A stretch of DNA of 64,000 nt from Monocercomonoides exilis PA203 (lineage: Eukaryota; Protista; Preaxostyla). The notes beneath the pieces are model-generated. The model ran no database searches. It saw only the letters and a program-made list of their open reading frames with translations, and was not told the origin of the DNA. Both the position numbers and the translations under genes were made by a program. The stretch spans positions 868,001-932,000 of the forward strand of contig LSRY02000019.1 in the NCBI GenBank assembly GCA_001643675.2, given 5' to 3'. Positions 53,701 through 64,000 of the stretch are shown piece after piece (within the stretch, counting starts at the first letter, position 1; each line of letters starts with the position of its first letter).

Positions 53701-54861
53701 TGATCCATGATGTGTTCTCGGAGGAGGCGTGTCAGGCACAACTTTCGTAACTTGCTCGATCAGTAGATTTTCATTGCTTTCAGTGCTTGCCGTTAATTGG
53801 ATCCGAAGCAAATCTCCTTGAACTTCCGATTTCCCAATGCCACCAAACACATAGCACGCGATTGGCTTTTCGGTGTTTCCACTTTGCTTAACAGCGATGA
53901 ATCCTGGTGAGCGGCGAGAATAATCAACATTTCCACCGGAAGGAAATTGATACTTTTTGACAACTGGCTTACTTGCTTCAAATTTTATTCGAAGAAGTTC
54001 ATTTACGTTCTGCCGAACACCGTTGTGAAAACTTGCGCCACCATATACAAAGAGCTCAGATTCCAGTGAACTGTAACCAACTTCGCTTCTGCATGATGTG
54101 ATGTCATCGTACACATGTTTTTTCCAACTTTTATCTCCAATATTAAATTCATAAATAACTAATTTTGAAGTTTCTTCTTCTGTCGATGGATATCCACCCA
54201 AAATATACAAATTTCCGTTCCAAAAATGTGCCGCCCCTCCATATCTAGCTGTTGGGGCGTTTAAATTCGCTGCTTGTTCCGGATCATACAATTGTTTCCA
54301 TTCACCATTTTGAGCATCGTATTCCCAGAGATCTCCATAATTGTCTATTGATCCTCTTCCCCCAAAAATGTAAAACCTTTCAGCATTTGCATTAAATGCA
54401 TGCTGCATCATTTCCCTTGAAGATGGAGCTTTATCTGACTCTTTACGTGTCCATGTACTCCGCAAATAATCAAAAATATACATATCATTGTGCTGCCCTT
54501 CTGGGCTTTCTCCTCCCCAACAAAATAGTCGCGTTTTTGTGGAAAAATGAGCGTACCATCCTCTTGCAGGATTTCCTTCCAGGCCGCAATTCTGAACCTT
54601 TTCCCATGAAGGAGATGAACTTCCAAAACTATAGCGAAATACACTTGCGATGTACCCATTTTCTTCATTAGTTCCACTTAAGCAATAAAAATATTGCCCA
54701 CTGTCATCAAGAGGCATTTCCAAAACAGCGCCTTGTCGTTTAGGAGGAGGAATTCCTGTTTTCGGTAATTTTTCTAGTGACTGGAACAGTTCTTGGGGTG
54801 CATTAATATCCAACACTGCTGTGTTTATTATAAACGAAAGCGCGAGCAATAAACGGATCAT
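50784..54861 (-). CDS. Secretory-pathway membrane protein: Kelch repeats + Cys-rich GCC2/GCC3-like repeats + TM + ERGIC/Erv46-like module; intron 51629-51776
   Basis: Signal peptide MIRLLLALSFIINTA; ~12 Kelch units (YIFGG, LFLFGG, YYFGG); CPVGSFS/CAAGTYN/CSDGSYCP repeats; three TM segments. Confidence 0.8.
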
Positions 54862-55188
54862 TAAAGTCAAATTCTACAATTACACATGAAGCAAAAATGA
54901 ATAAGAATTATGTATAGTTGAAAAAATAAATCCAAATAATCTTAAATAATTGAATAAATCTCATTTTTCACAAACATTTATTAAAGTGCTGCAAATGGTT
55001 ATTATGATCTTTTTTCCTCAATCCACATGAATACGGTAGTTTTTATTATAATTTTTGTTGTTGCAAATTTTCAATTAATGTTATCTCTTCGATTTTATGA
55101 CTGTTTCAAAAAAATGAAAAAATCGTTTAACGTATAATTTTAAAAATAAAATTACTGAAGTTAAAACTTATTTTCAATATTTGTATTT

Positions 55189-56657
55189 ATGAGCCAATTG
55201 CAAACGAAAGATAACGCTTTAATTAATAGCGAAGAAAATGAACCTGAAAAGCAAATATCGTTGGTGAGGAGCTTTTTCGGTTTGATTCAATTGCGATATG
55301 ACTTTAAAGTAACATTGGTGTATATGTTTATTTTTTATTCAAAGACATCTTTTCTCAGATTAAACATTTGTCTTTTGCACACCAAGAGCAGAAAATTTAT
55401 GAAATGGTTTTGTTGATGGACAGGATGGATGAAAAAGAACTAAATAAAGTCTTTTCCTTCGAAATGTATAATTATATTTATTTAAGTATAAAGGAAAGAA
55501 CAACATCGTTGGAAAATCTAATTCTGTTGTTGAAGCATCTTGGATATTATAAGATTTTGAAAAATGTTAACTCTGTTTGTTTCAGCCATTATTTAATGTG
55601 GAATAGAATTCAAGCGTTGATTGTTTGGGAAACAAATGGAGAAATGAAAAAGAACGAAAAGCTGCTGACTGATCTTTGTGAAAGCTACTTTTTCTTTTTT
55701 GAAAACAATAACATTTTCCCTGAGATCTTAAGTCAAATTTGTGTTCCATACCTTTTGAAAATTGCATTGAGAAAAGATGAAAGCAAGGAAGCACAAAAAG
55801 AAGTTGAAATGGCTTTATTAGCTTTGAGCAACGCTGGATGGGATGTGGTGTGTGCTATGAATTATTTTTTGAATTCATTCAGTTTCCCCTTTCGTCATTG
55901 GAAATAGAGTGTGAAAACAGAATGCGATATCGATGAACTGGTGGAAATAATCAAATATAATTGCAAACACCGCAATCTGACGTATCTTGCTAATCAGTCA
56001 GCTTGGAGCCTTTATGTTTACATGCTGAATAATGGTAGAGACGTGACTGTATCGTTTGAAAGCGAGAAATGCTTGACAAAAGAAATAATAAATGAATTGG
56101 AAGAGCTTGAAAAATGTGTGGATTGGAGGCAAAGTGAAAAGAAAACCAAACAAACAAAAGAAGCAATAGTCCTCATTCGCTGGGCTGAAACAATTGAAAG
56201 ATACTTTCAATTGGAAGAATTGAGAGGAAAAGAATACGTTGAATTGGCTGACTGCATCACACGAATATGTAAAAAAGCAAAAGAAAACCAAAGCGAAATA
56301 TACTTAGCATTCATAAGAGTGTTTGAAGCGATAATAGCAAAGCAGTCATTAGCTTTTGCATATGACATAATAAAGAGAGAAGCAGCTGATATTGTTTTGG
56401 AGGAGCTAATGAGAAATATCTTCGAAGAGAAATTAACAAACAGTAGCCTATTTTTCATTGAAAAGCTTGTTAGAAAATTGAAAGGAAAGAAAGATAAAGA
56501 AATAGTTGAACTGTTCAAATCAATTAAAAGAGAGCTATTCACAAATTTGGAAGAGGAAGGTTATGAGGATTTTATTGTGAGCTTATATGGTCTATTTTTT
56601 GATTATAAGTACATGCATATGTCAAAGGTCCTCAGTGCTTATTTTATTTATTGTTAG
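55189..56657 (+). CDS. Helical (ARM-like) protein of a lineage-expanded oxymonad family; 2 introns
   Basis: Motifs VPYLLKIALRKDESKEAQKEVEMALLALSN, NLTYLANQSAW and LEEEGYED are recalled as typical of a large Monocercomonoides hypothetical family; introns ~55264-55358 and ~55848-55907. Confidence 0.65.
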
Positions 56658-57028
56658 TCCTTTTCCTGACATTATTTCATTTAAATGAAATTGAAGTAAG
56701 GTTGAAAAAAACGTTGAAGTATTTTTATCGTGCTTTTTTTTTTCATTGAAGCTTCACACAAAACAGCACGTTTCATATATATTCACTACACATCTGAAAG
56801 TTAGAAATCTTGAGGATATATCCATCTTGATAAAAAAATACTTATCCCATAATTTATTTTTGTTGATATTTTCAAGCTCATTTTCTTTTAATAAAAGTTG
56901 TGGCGAGCACTGGTCCATCAAAGTTTGCATGCATTTATATGTATTTCTAAAAATCTAAAATTTATTCCTTTCTTTTCGCAAGTTGCATTTATATCATTTA
57001 ATTTATTGAATAGCTTTGTTTCCCCTTT

Positions 57029-57883
57029 ATGACTTTGTTTGATCCGAAGAAAATCGATCCAAAGCAGCCTCTCATAATTCTTCCAATAGATGAGTCATTC
57101 AAAACTTTTGCTGAACTTCTTACAGACGACAAGCAATCATTTCAACATTTTGGCTCGACAATTTTACAGCAAAAAGTGAAAACTGATATACAAGTTAAGA
57201 AACGTAAGAAAAAGAAAGCAGAAAAGTTGAATTCTTTTATTGATATTTCAGATACATCTTCAGAAAGCGATTTTCTTGAAAAAGAAGAATCATTGGATAA
57301 ACAAAGCTCTATCCCTTTGCATAGCGAAAAGCTGGCAACTTCTTCGATTCAACGAGAATCAAAATGCAAAAATGGTTTGTAAATCTACAATATTCACTAT
57401 TTATTGTTTTTTTTAAAAAATCATGAAGAAAAAATAGACAATAATCTTATTAAAAGAAAGCGCAAAAGAATAAAAAAAAGCTCAAATAGAATGAAAAAAG
57501 ACAGAAGCATTTCAAATTCTTCTTTATCTTCGTTAAGTTCAACTTCAATATCTTCGACAACAAGCGTTAAAAATGATTCTGAAAAGTATTCAGAATCCGA
57601 AAAATCAAATAACTCGATGAAGATTAGAAAACATAAAACAGATTTTGCATTAGGACACAAACAACGCACAACAAGTCGCCATCGCCATCGAAGCAAAAGG
57701 TTGTTCAATCGAAAAATTCCATTATTTCACTCTCTGACAGATGAAGCAAAGCCAGATATGAATCCAAATATTGAAGAAAACGAAGCAATCAAGAAGAAAT
57801 TCGAGCTATTTAATGAAATTGATTTATCCAAATGCCCAACAACAGAAAATTTTGTATTTCCCAAACTGTTGTATTTCGAATGA
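57029..57883 (+). CDS. Lys/Ser-rich hypothetical protein (two ORF pieces, probably joined by a short intron near 57375-57437)
   Basis: Adjacent same-strand ORFs with basic NLS-like runs; no domain recognised. Confidence 0.45.
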
Positions 57884-58639
57884 AGAGCTGTCAATATTTA
57901 GAATAGTTGTCAATTTCCACATAAAAAATTCTTAATATGTTTGTTTGTTTGTTTATATTTCATAAAGATTGAGAACAAATTAGCTATGCATGTACTTCGT
58001 TTCTAAATAAAGATTGTCATAAAACAAGTCCTTTATTTTCCTCCTTTTTTGATTGGATATTATCCCTTTCTTTTTGCGAAAAGAAGATCGGTGCCAAAAA
58101 ATAAAAACTGATTTCAACAATTTTCATATCAAACCGAAAAGGTATCGAAAATGAATAAATTTGCGAAAGTAACAATGATTACAAATATTCAGAAATGCTG
58201 AATGAAAAAATAAAATAAAATAAAATAAAAAGGCAATGCTTTGGAAATGTACTGAAGTTGAAAGTTAAGATAAAACATAAAGAAAAGCATACACTTAAGT
58301 CTATTCAAAGAAAGAAAAGAAAAGAAAAATGGAAATAATTAAAGATATTTTCAAATAAAAGCAAAGATAAAAAACACTGTAACAATGTGCGCCATACAAA
58401 AATTAAAAAAACGCAACAAATCTTTATTTAAATCCAATTCAATTCTGTTTTGTTAAAACATTTATTATTTATTATTATTTATTGTTTAATATTATTATTT
58501 ATTATTATTATTTATTATTATTATTATTTTGTTTTTTCTGTTTTTTCTGTTTTTTCTGTTTTTTCTGCTTTTTCTGCTTTTTCTGTTTGTTCGTTTTGTT
58601 TTGTTTTGCTTTGTTAGAGAATTCTTCAGAACAATCCAT

Positions 58640-61600
58640 TTAATACTCAAAACATCCAGGCCTCGCATTCATCTCCGACCGAATAGACGCTACAATCGAC
58701 GATATAATCCCTGTGTTGATCTTCATCCTTATGAATTCTGTGAATGGAGTGAAGGAACTGATGTTTGGAATGCTCTCCATTGCCACTATTGTTCTCAGGG
58801 CATAGCGGAGCACACGGTCATTGGAAAGAGGATTGGGCGGAGCACTGGAACGCTCATCGGGTGAGTGGTCAGAGAAGGAGGAGGAGGAAGAAGAAGAAGA
58901 GGAGGAGGAAGATGAGGAAGAGGAAGAAGAAGGAGAGGAAGAGGGGTTAATTAAAGAAGAGGAAGATGAAGAGGATGAGGATGAGGATGATGAAGGTTGA
59001 GAATTAGACGCAGAAGAAGAGGAAGAAGACGACGAAGACGAAGAACCAGAAGCAGAAGCAGAAATACCACCACCCTGTGACCCGCCCACAGACGAATGCA
59101 GGAGATAGCTACTTGCATCATACGGGATCGACTTCAGCCTGCTGTCGATTGTTCTGATGATTGGGTCCAGCAGCAGAGGCAGGTGTTCCAGTGTGTGCTG
59201 TGGATGGCTCTGGCAGAGATGGCAGAGGACAACATGGCACAAGACACACAAATCGACAAATGGCATAGAAGTCGCAAAGTAGGATGTCAAGGGGGCATAA
59301 GGAGGAGAAGTGACAGTAAGAAGAGAAGTGAGTGAAGAGAGCAAAGAATGGATGTCGAGAAGATGGGGCAAATGAATCAGAACAGGATAAAGTGCATCCA
59401 AAATGGCGGTTTTGTATGTTGCTTCCGCAGCAGCGAGCGGGCGGAGGGTGGAAATGTCTGAAGAAGATGGCTGGGATTGTGATTGCGATTGTGATTGTGA
59501 CTGAGGTTGAGTCAGTATTTGTGATTGAGAATGCAGTTGGCTCTTTGCTTTGCTGCTGTCTCTGATGGACTGCGCGGAGGAGCGGGCAGGCGAGCTATTG
59601 GAGGCAAAAGCAATGGATTGTTTGGTTGTCGGTTTAGAATCAGAAGAAGAAGAAGAAGCAGAAGAGGAAGAGGAAGAAGATGATGAAGAAGACAATGATG
59701 AATTTGATGAATTTGACGCCATCATTGGTGTCATAAACGAACCCGGTGCACCGATTTTCAGCTGCTGCAGCAAAAACGCGAACACATTGTGATTCGCAAA
59801 CAGCTCAGCTGCGTTGTGCTGGAAGCAAAGAGCAGTCAGTTTCAGAGTGGACGCAAGCAACAAAGCAGCATCAGAGAAAAGAGGAGGGTGTGTGGCGAGG
59901 TTGATGAACGGAGAGAGGGAAGAGAGGAAGGAGAAGTTGGAGAGAGGGGCGATGGAGGCGAAGGCGCGCAGGGCGTTGTTGAGGCAGGTTATGCCAATCA
60001 TCTGCTTCTGGAGGGTGATGGGAATTTCACGGCGGCGGAGCTTTTTGAGGTAGGATAGCTGCTGAGTGGAGGAAGAAGAAGAAGAAGAGGAGGAGGAGGA
60101 GGAGGAAGTGGATAAGGAAGAAGAGGAAGAAAAAGGAGAAAGCAAAGAAGATGATGATGCTGATGCTGATAAAGATGCTGATGAATCAGAAGAAGGAGAA
60201 GAAATAGCTTCGTTTATGAGAGTCGACACAAGTGTGGGGTTGACGAAGAAGAGGGAGACGATCGCTTGGATTGCAATTTGTCCCAAATGAAGGCAATCAG
60301 AAGTGTGGAAGGAAGGAGATTGAAGTTGAGAAGAAGAAGAAGAGGAAGAAGAAGAAGATTTCAATGAAGAATTCACATGTGGTAGTAATTTTGAAGAAGA
60401 ATTCGAAGAAGAAGAAAAAGAAGATAAAGCAATCGTCATTCCATTATCTCTTCCTCTTCTCTCGCTGGCAAACAGCAAGTTCAGCGAAGCCAGCTTCCAC
60501 AAGAGCGCAAAAATGGACGGGGTGAGGGCATTCAGCAGCTGCTGAGATTTGAAATCTCTTCTGCTGAGCTGAACAATCGCTGTGTGGATGGAGTGTGTGT
60601 GGAGGATGAGGAGATGGATGAGCTGAGAAGAGAGGAAGAAGAAGTTTGAGGCGGTGGCGTGGGAGCTATCGCCAAAGAGAGGGAGAGTGGCTGAGTCGAC
60701 GGCATAGAAGAGCTGGTTGTGCTGAGGATGGGAAGAAGGGGAAGAGGAGGAAGAGGAAGAATTGGAAAGTTGAATAGGATCTTCATTGATTTCGTTGATT
60801 TCATTGATGGAATTAATAGTATTATTATTATTATTATTCGAGATGTTATTAGCAATTTTATTCCCTTGTTGATATCCATACATATTCTTCAGCTCTTCCA
60901 TTGTTTCTTCCACAATTGACAGCATATGCTCCATATGCCCTGCTTCACCTGATGTGAAAAGAGAGCCACGGCAGAAAGATGCTGAGAAAAAAAGAAGAAG
61001 AAAGGAAGAGGATATTAATAAATAAATAAATAAATAAAATCATTTTTTTTGAATGGTTCAAATGCAATACAAAAAGATTATAAGGAGAAACAAAGAAGAA
61101 AAAAGAAGGAATGAAAAATGATGAAGATTAATAAATTATCAAAAAAATTAACAAAAAATTCATATACATCCCATTTCATTCCATTTCATTCAATTCACTT
61201 TAAAAAAAAAGTACCACAACATACCAGCACTTTGTATATACTTATCAAACTGGGACGATAACAACGGATTCACCGCTGACAAGATAGGAATGCTGTATTC
61301 ACTCAGAAGATCGATATTTGTGCCAATAACACCAATGATACACAAGGAAGCAACAATTGTGCTTTGAGTTTCGAGTTTGAGGAAGACTTCGAATTGAGAC
61401 GGTTTTGTGGTGTGGGGGTTGAGGATGAAGATGTTGAATGGGTTGAATGGAGAGGATGGAGAGGAAGGAGAGGAAAGAGAAGAAGGAGAAGATGATTGAA
61501 GAATTTCTAGTTCAGTTTCGGAAGGTTGATCAATTGAGGAGGAAGAGGAAGAGGAAGAGGAGGAAGAAGAAGAATTTTTAACATCATTTGTAATGTTTGT

Positions 61601-64000
61601 TTGTGATGATGATTTTTGTGTTTCTGTTGCTTGTGTGCTTTGAGAACCACGATTAACCTGAGAATTTGGATTAACCGAAGAATTTCGAGAACTCTGGTTA
61701 TTTTTAGTACTTTTGTTATTTTGTGTGTTTTGTGTGTTTTTTGTTGTTATTTCTTCGTTTTTGGGTGTAGTTGAGATTAATTTTGGAGGGATGATGTAAG
61801 CAGAAGGGGAGAGAAGAATAGGAGAGGAGGAGGAGGAAGAGGAAGAAGAGGAAGAGGAAGTTGATGATGCAGAAGAAGAAGTAGTAGTAGAAATTGAAGA
61901 AGAAGAAGAAGAAGAAGAAGAAGAATATGAATTATGAGAAGAAGCAAAAGAAGAAATAAACAGTTTTGGCATTGCAAATGACAATGTTGACATTCCATTT
62001 GCTTGTGTCGCTGCGGCAAATGCAGCAGAATTCGGCAATTTGCGTTCATTTTCGTCATTCAATGAAGAAGAAGAGGAAGAAGAGGAAGAAGAGGAAGAAG
62101 TTTGTGACGGATCACTGTCAACTGTGCAGTTACAGTTGCAACTGCAGTTTAAGCTGGCATTTTTGATTAAGCTGTTATCATCATCTTCTTCTTCTTCTTC
62201 GTCTTCGTCTTCTTCATCATAATAATAAAAATATTCCTCATCATTTTCTTCATTATTAACATATTCTTCCTCTCCTTCTCTTTCTCCTTTCCCTTTCCCT
62301 TCATCCTCACCTCTTCCATTCTCAATCTTATTTATATTCAAATTAATATCCCTCTTCTTGTTCTTATTCAAATTCTTATTCTTCCTCCTCTTCTTCCCTT
62401 CCCTTCTCAGCATTTTCACTGCTTCTCTGTTAACTTTCAGTGTTCGAGTTGCAAAATGCATAAGATGTTTGACACAGCCATGCAACACCCTCTTCATCTG
62501 GTGGGTGATTGGAGGAATATATTCATCAGAAGGTAAGAGAGAAGGAGAAAGAGAAGGAGAAAGAGAAGGAGAAAGAGAAGGAGAAAGAGAAGGAGAGGAA
62601 GAAGAAGGAGAAGAAGGAGAGGAAGGGGTTATGGAACGAGGGGAAAGAGAAGGGGATGTGAAGGAAGAAGAAGAAGAAGAAGAAGATGATGATGATGATG
62701 AAGGCGAAAATGAATTTCTTTCAGTAGGTTCAGGTGTCATTACATTCATTTCTTGTTCGTTTGTTGTTTCTTTCACAGAAGAAGAAGAAGAGGAGGAGGA
62801 AGAAGAATTATTTGAAGGAGAAGAAGAATAAGCCAATTGTCTGTTTGCCATCATTGACAATGGCGAATGCATCCTTCCATTCAATTCTGGTGTGAGTGAG
62901 GGAGATGGCTGAGGGGTGATGTTATCAAAGGTATAAGATGGAATATTGGAAGAAGAGGGAGAAGAAGAAGAGCAGGAAGAGGGAGAAGAGAAGGAGGAGG
63001 AGGAAGAAGAAGAACGAGAAGAAGAAAGAGAAGAAGAACAAGAAGTAGAAGAAGAACAACAGAGCCATGTTGTTCTTTCTCTGTTGGGACGGCTGCAGTT
63101 GATAGCAAACAAGGCAATGATTGTGGCTACAATCTGAGGGGTGATGTTCATTGAAGAGGAAGAGGAGGAGGAGGAAGAAGAAGGAGAAGAGGAAGAAGAA
63201 GGAATTGGAGAAGAAGGAGAAGAAGAATGTGAATGTGTATGTGAGTGTGAGTGTGTGCGAGAATGAGAAGAAAGAAAAGAAGAAGAGGAAGAAGAAGAGG
63301 AAGAAGAAGAGGAAGAAGAAGAGGAAGAAGAAGAGGAAGAAGAAGATGATGATGAATTTACAGGTGTATTTGATTTGGAAATGGAAAGAGAAGAAGGAGA
63401 AGGAGAAGGAGAGGAAGACGAAGATGGAGAAGGGGACGGGGAAGGAGAAGCAGAGCCAGCAGGCAAAGGAGAAGGCGAAGGAGAATGAGAAGAGGAAGGA
63501 GAAGGAGAAGAAGAAGAAGAAGAAGAAGAAGTTCCATTGTTCATAAGCTGTTTGCGAGTGAGGAGGGAAAAAAGAACAAATTCGATGTATTCGACAGATT
63601 CACCAGCAGAAACGAGGGCGCAGAAGAAAGAGGCGACGAGAGAAAGAAGAGAAGAAGGAGGGATGTTGGTGAGAAGAGAAGGGAGGGATTGGGAAGAGGA
63701 GGAAGACGAGGAAGAAGAAGGAGAGGGAGAAGATGACAAGGAAGAAGAAGCACAAGAAGAAGGAGAGGAGGAGGAAGATGATGATGATGATGTCAGTAAT
63801 GAAGGAGGTATAGAACCGAAAGTTGATTGTGTTGCAGTCAAAAACGAAGAGAACGGAGAAGAAGAGAACGGAGAAATAGAAAACGGAGAAATAGAAGAAG
63901 AAGAAGAAGGAGAAAAAGCAGAAGAAGTGAAATAAGAGCTGCATGTGGAGTTAGCTAAAGCAACAGCAGGGGAAGGGAATGCAGTGAGGGAAACGCAAGC
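58640..64000 (-). CDS. CAND1: Cullin-associated NEDD8-dissociated protein 1 (TIP120), C-terminal part, with poly-Ser insertions; partial; intron 60982-61224
   Basis: SLCIIGVIGTNIDL..IQSAASFCRGSL and YKTAILDALY..LDIHSLL..LLLDPIIRT..VLRYALRTIVAMESIP follow the CAND1 HEAT and TIP120 C-terminal motifs. The frame is open to the window end. Confidence 0.75.

Noticed and set aside
58765-63944. Glu/Lys/Arg-rich + strand ORFs and other short overlapping ORFs
   Set aside because: They are antisense or off-frame shadows of poly-Ser codons in CAND1. The same applies to the short ORFs overlapping the other large genes.

Overview
AT-rich eukaryotic DNA with short GT-AG spliceosomal introns, standard genetic code and very long TCT/TCA/TCC poly-Ser tracts in proteins. 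The style and the 55.2-56.7 kb gene family suggest an oxymonad (Monocercomonoides-like); this is inference. Genes: 3' end of CFAP43; an LRR + coiled-coil protein; a ~3,150-aa TMEM185/Fragile-X-F-like membrane protein; a COP1-like coiled-coil/WD40 protein; two identical head-to-head Fe-dependent alcohol (butanol) dehydrogenase genes; LMBRD1; a 3-exon BORCS6-like gene; a single-pass pseudokinase; p47/NSFL1C; a Trp-rich 30-aa repeat pseudogene; a Ser/Pro-rich protein; a Kelch + Cys-rich + ERGIC-like fusion; two hypotheticals; and the 3' part of a Ser-expanded CAND1. The most notable structure is a set of linked repeats. (i) A 5.4-kb palindrome (2,429-bp arms, 520-bp spacer) duplicates the ADH gene. 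(ii) A decayed Merlin/IS1595 transposon at 39088-40808 has GG-terminal TIRs and a perfect 8-bp TSD (GAAAAAAC). (iii) A near-identical 123-bp piece of that transposon lies in the palindrome spacer. (iv) An unnamed hairpin-bearing non-coding element lies upstream of both ADH copies (empty-site form) and upstream of the repeat gene (Merlin-interrupted form). (v) An ~800-bp foldback lies next to it. All calls were made by eye; no database searches were run.
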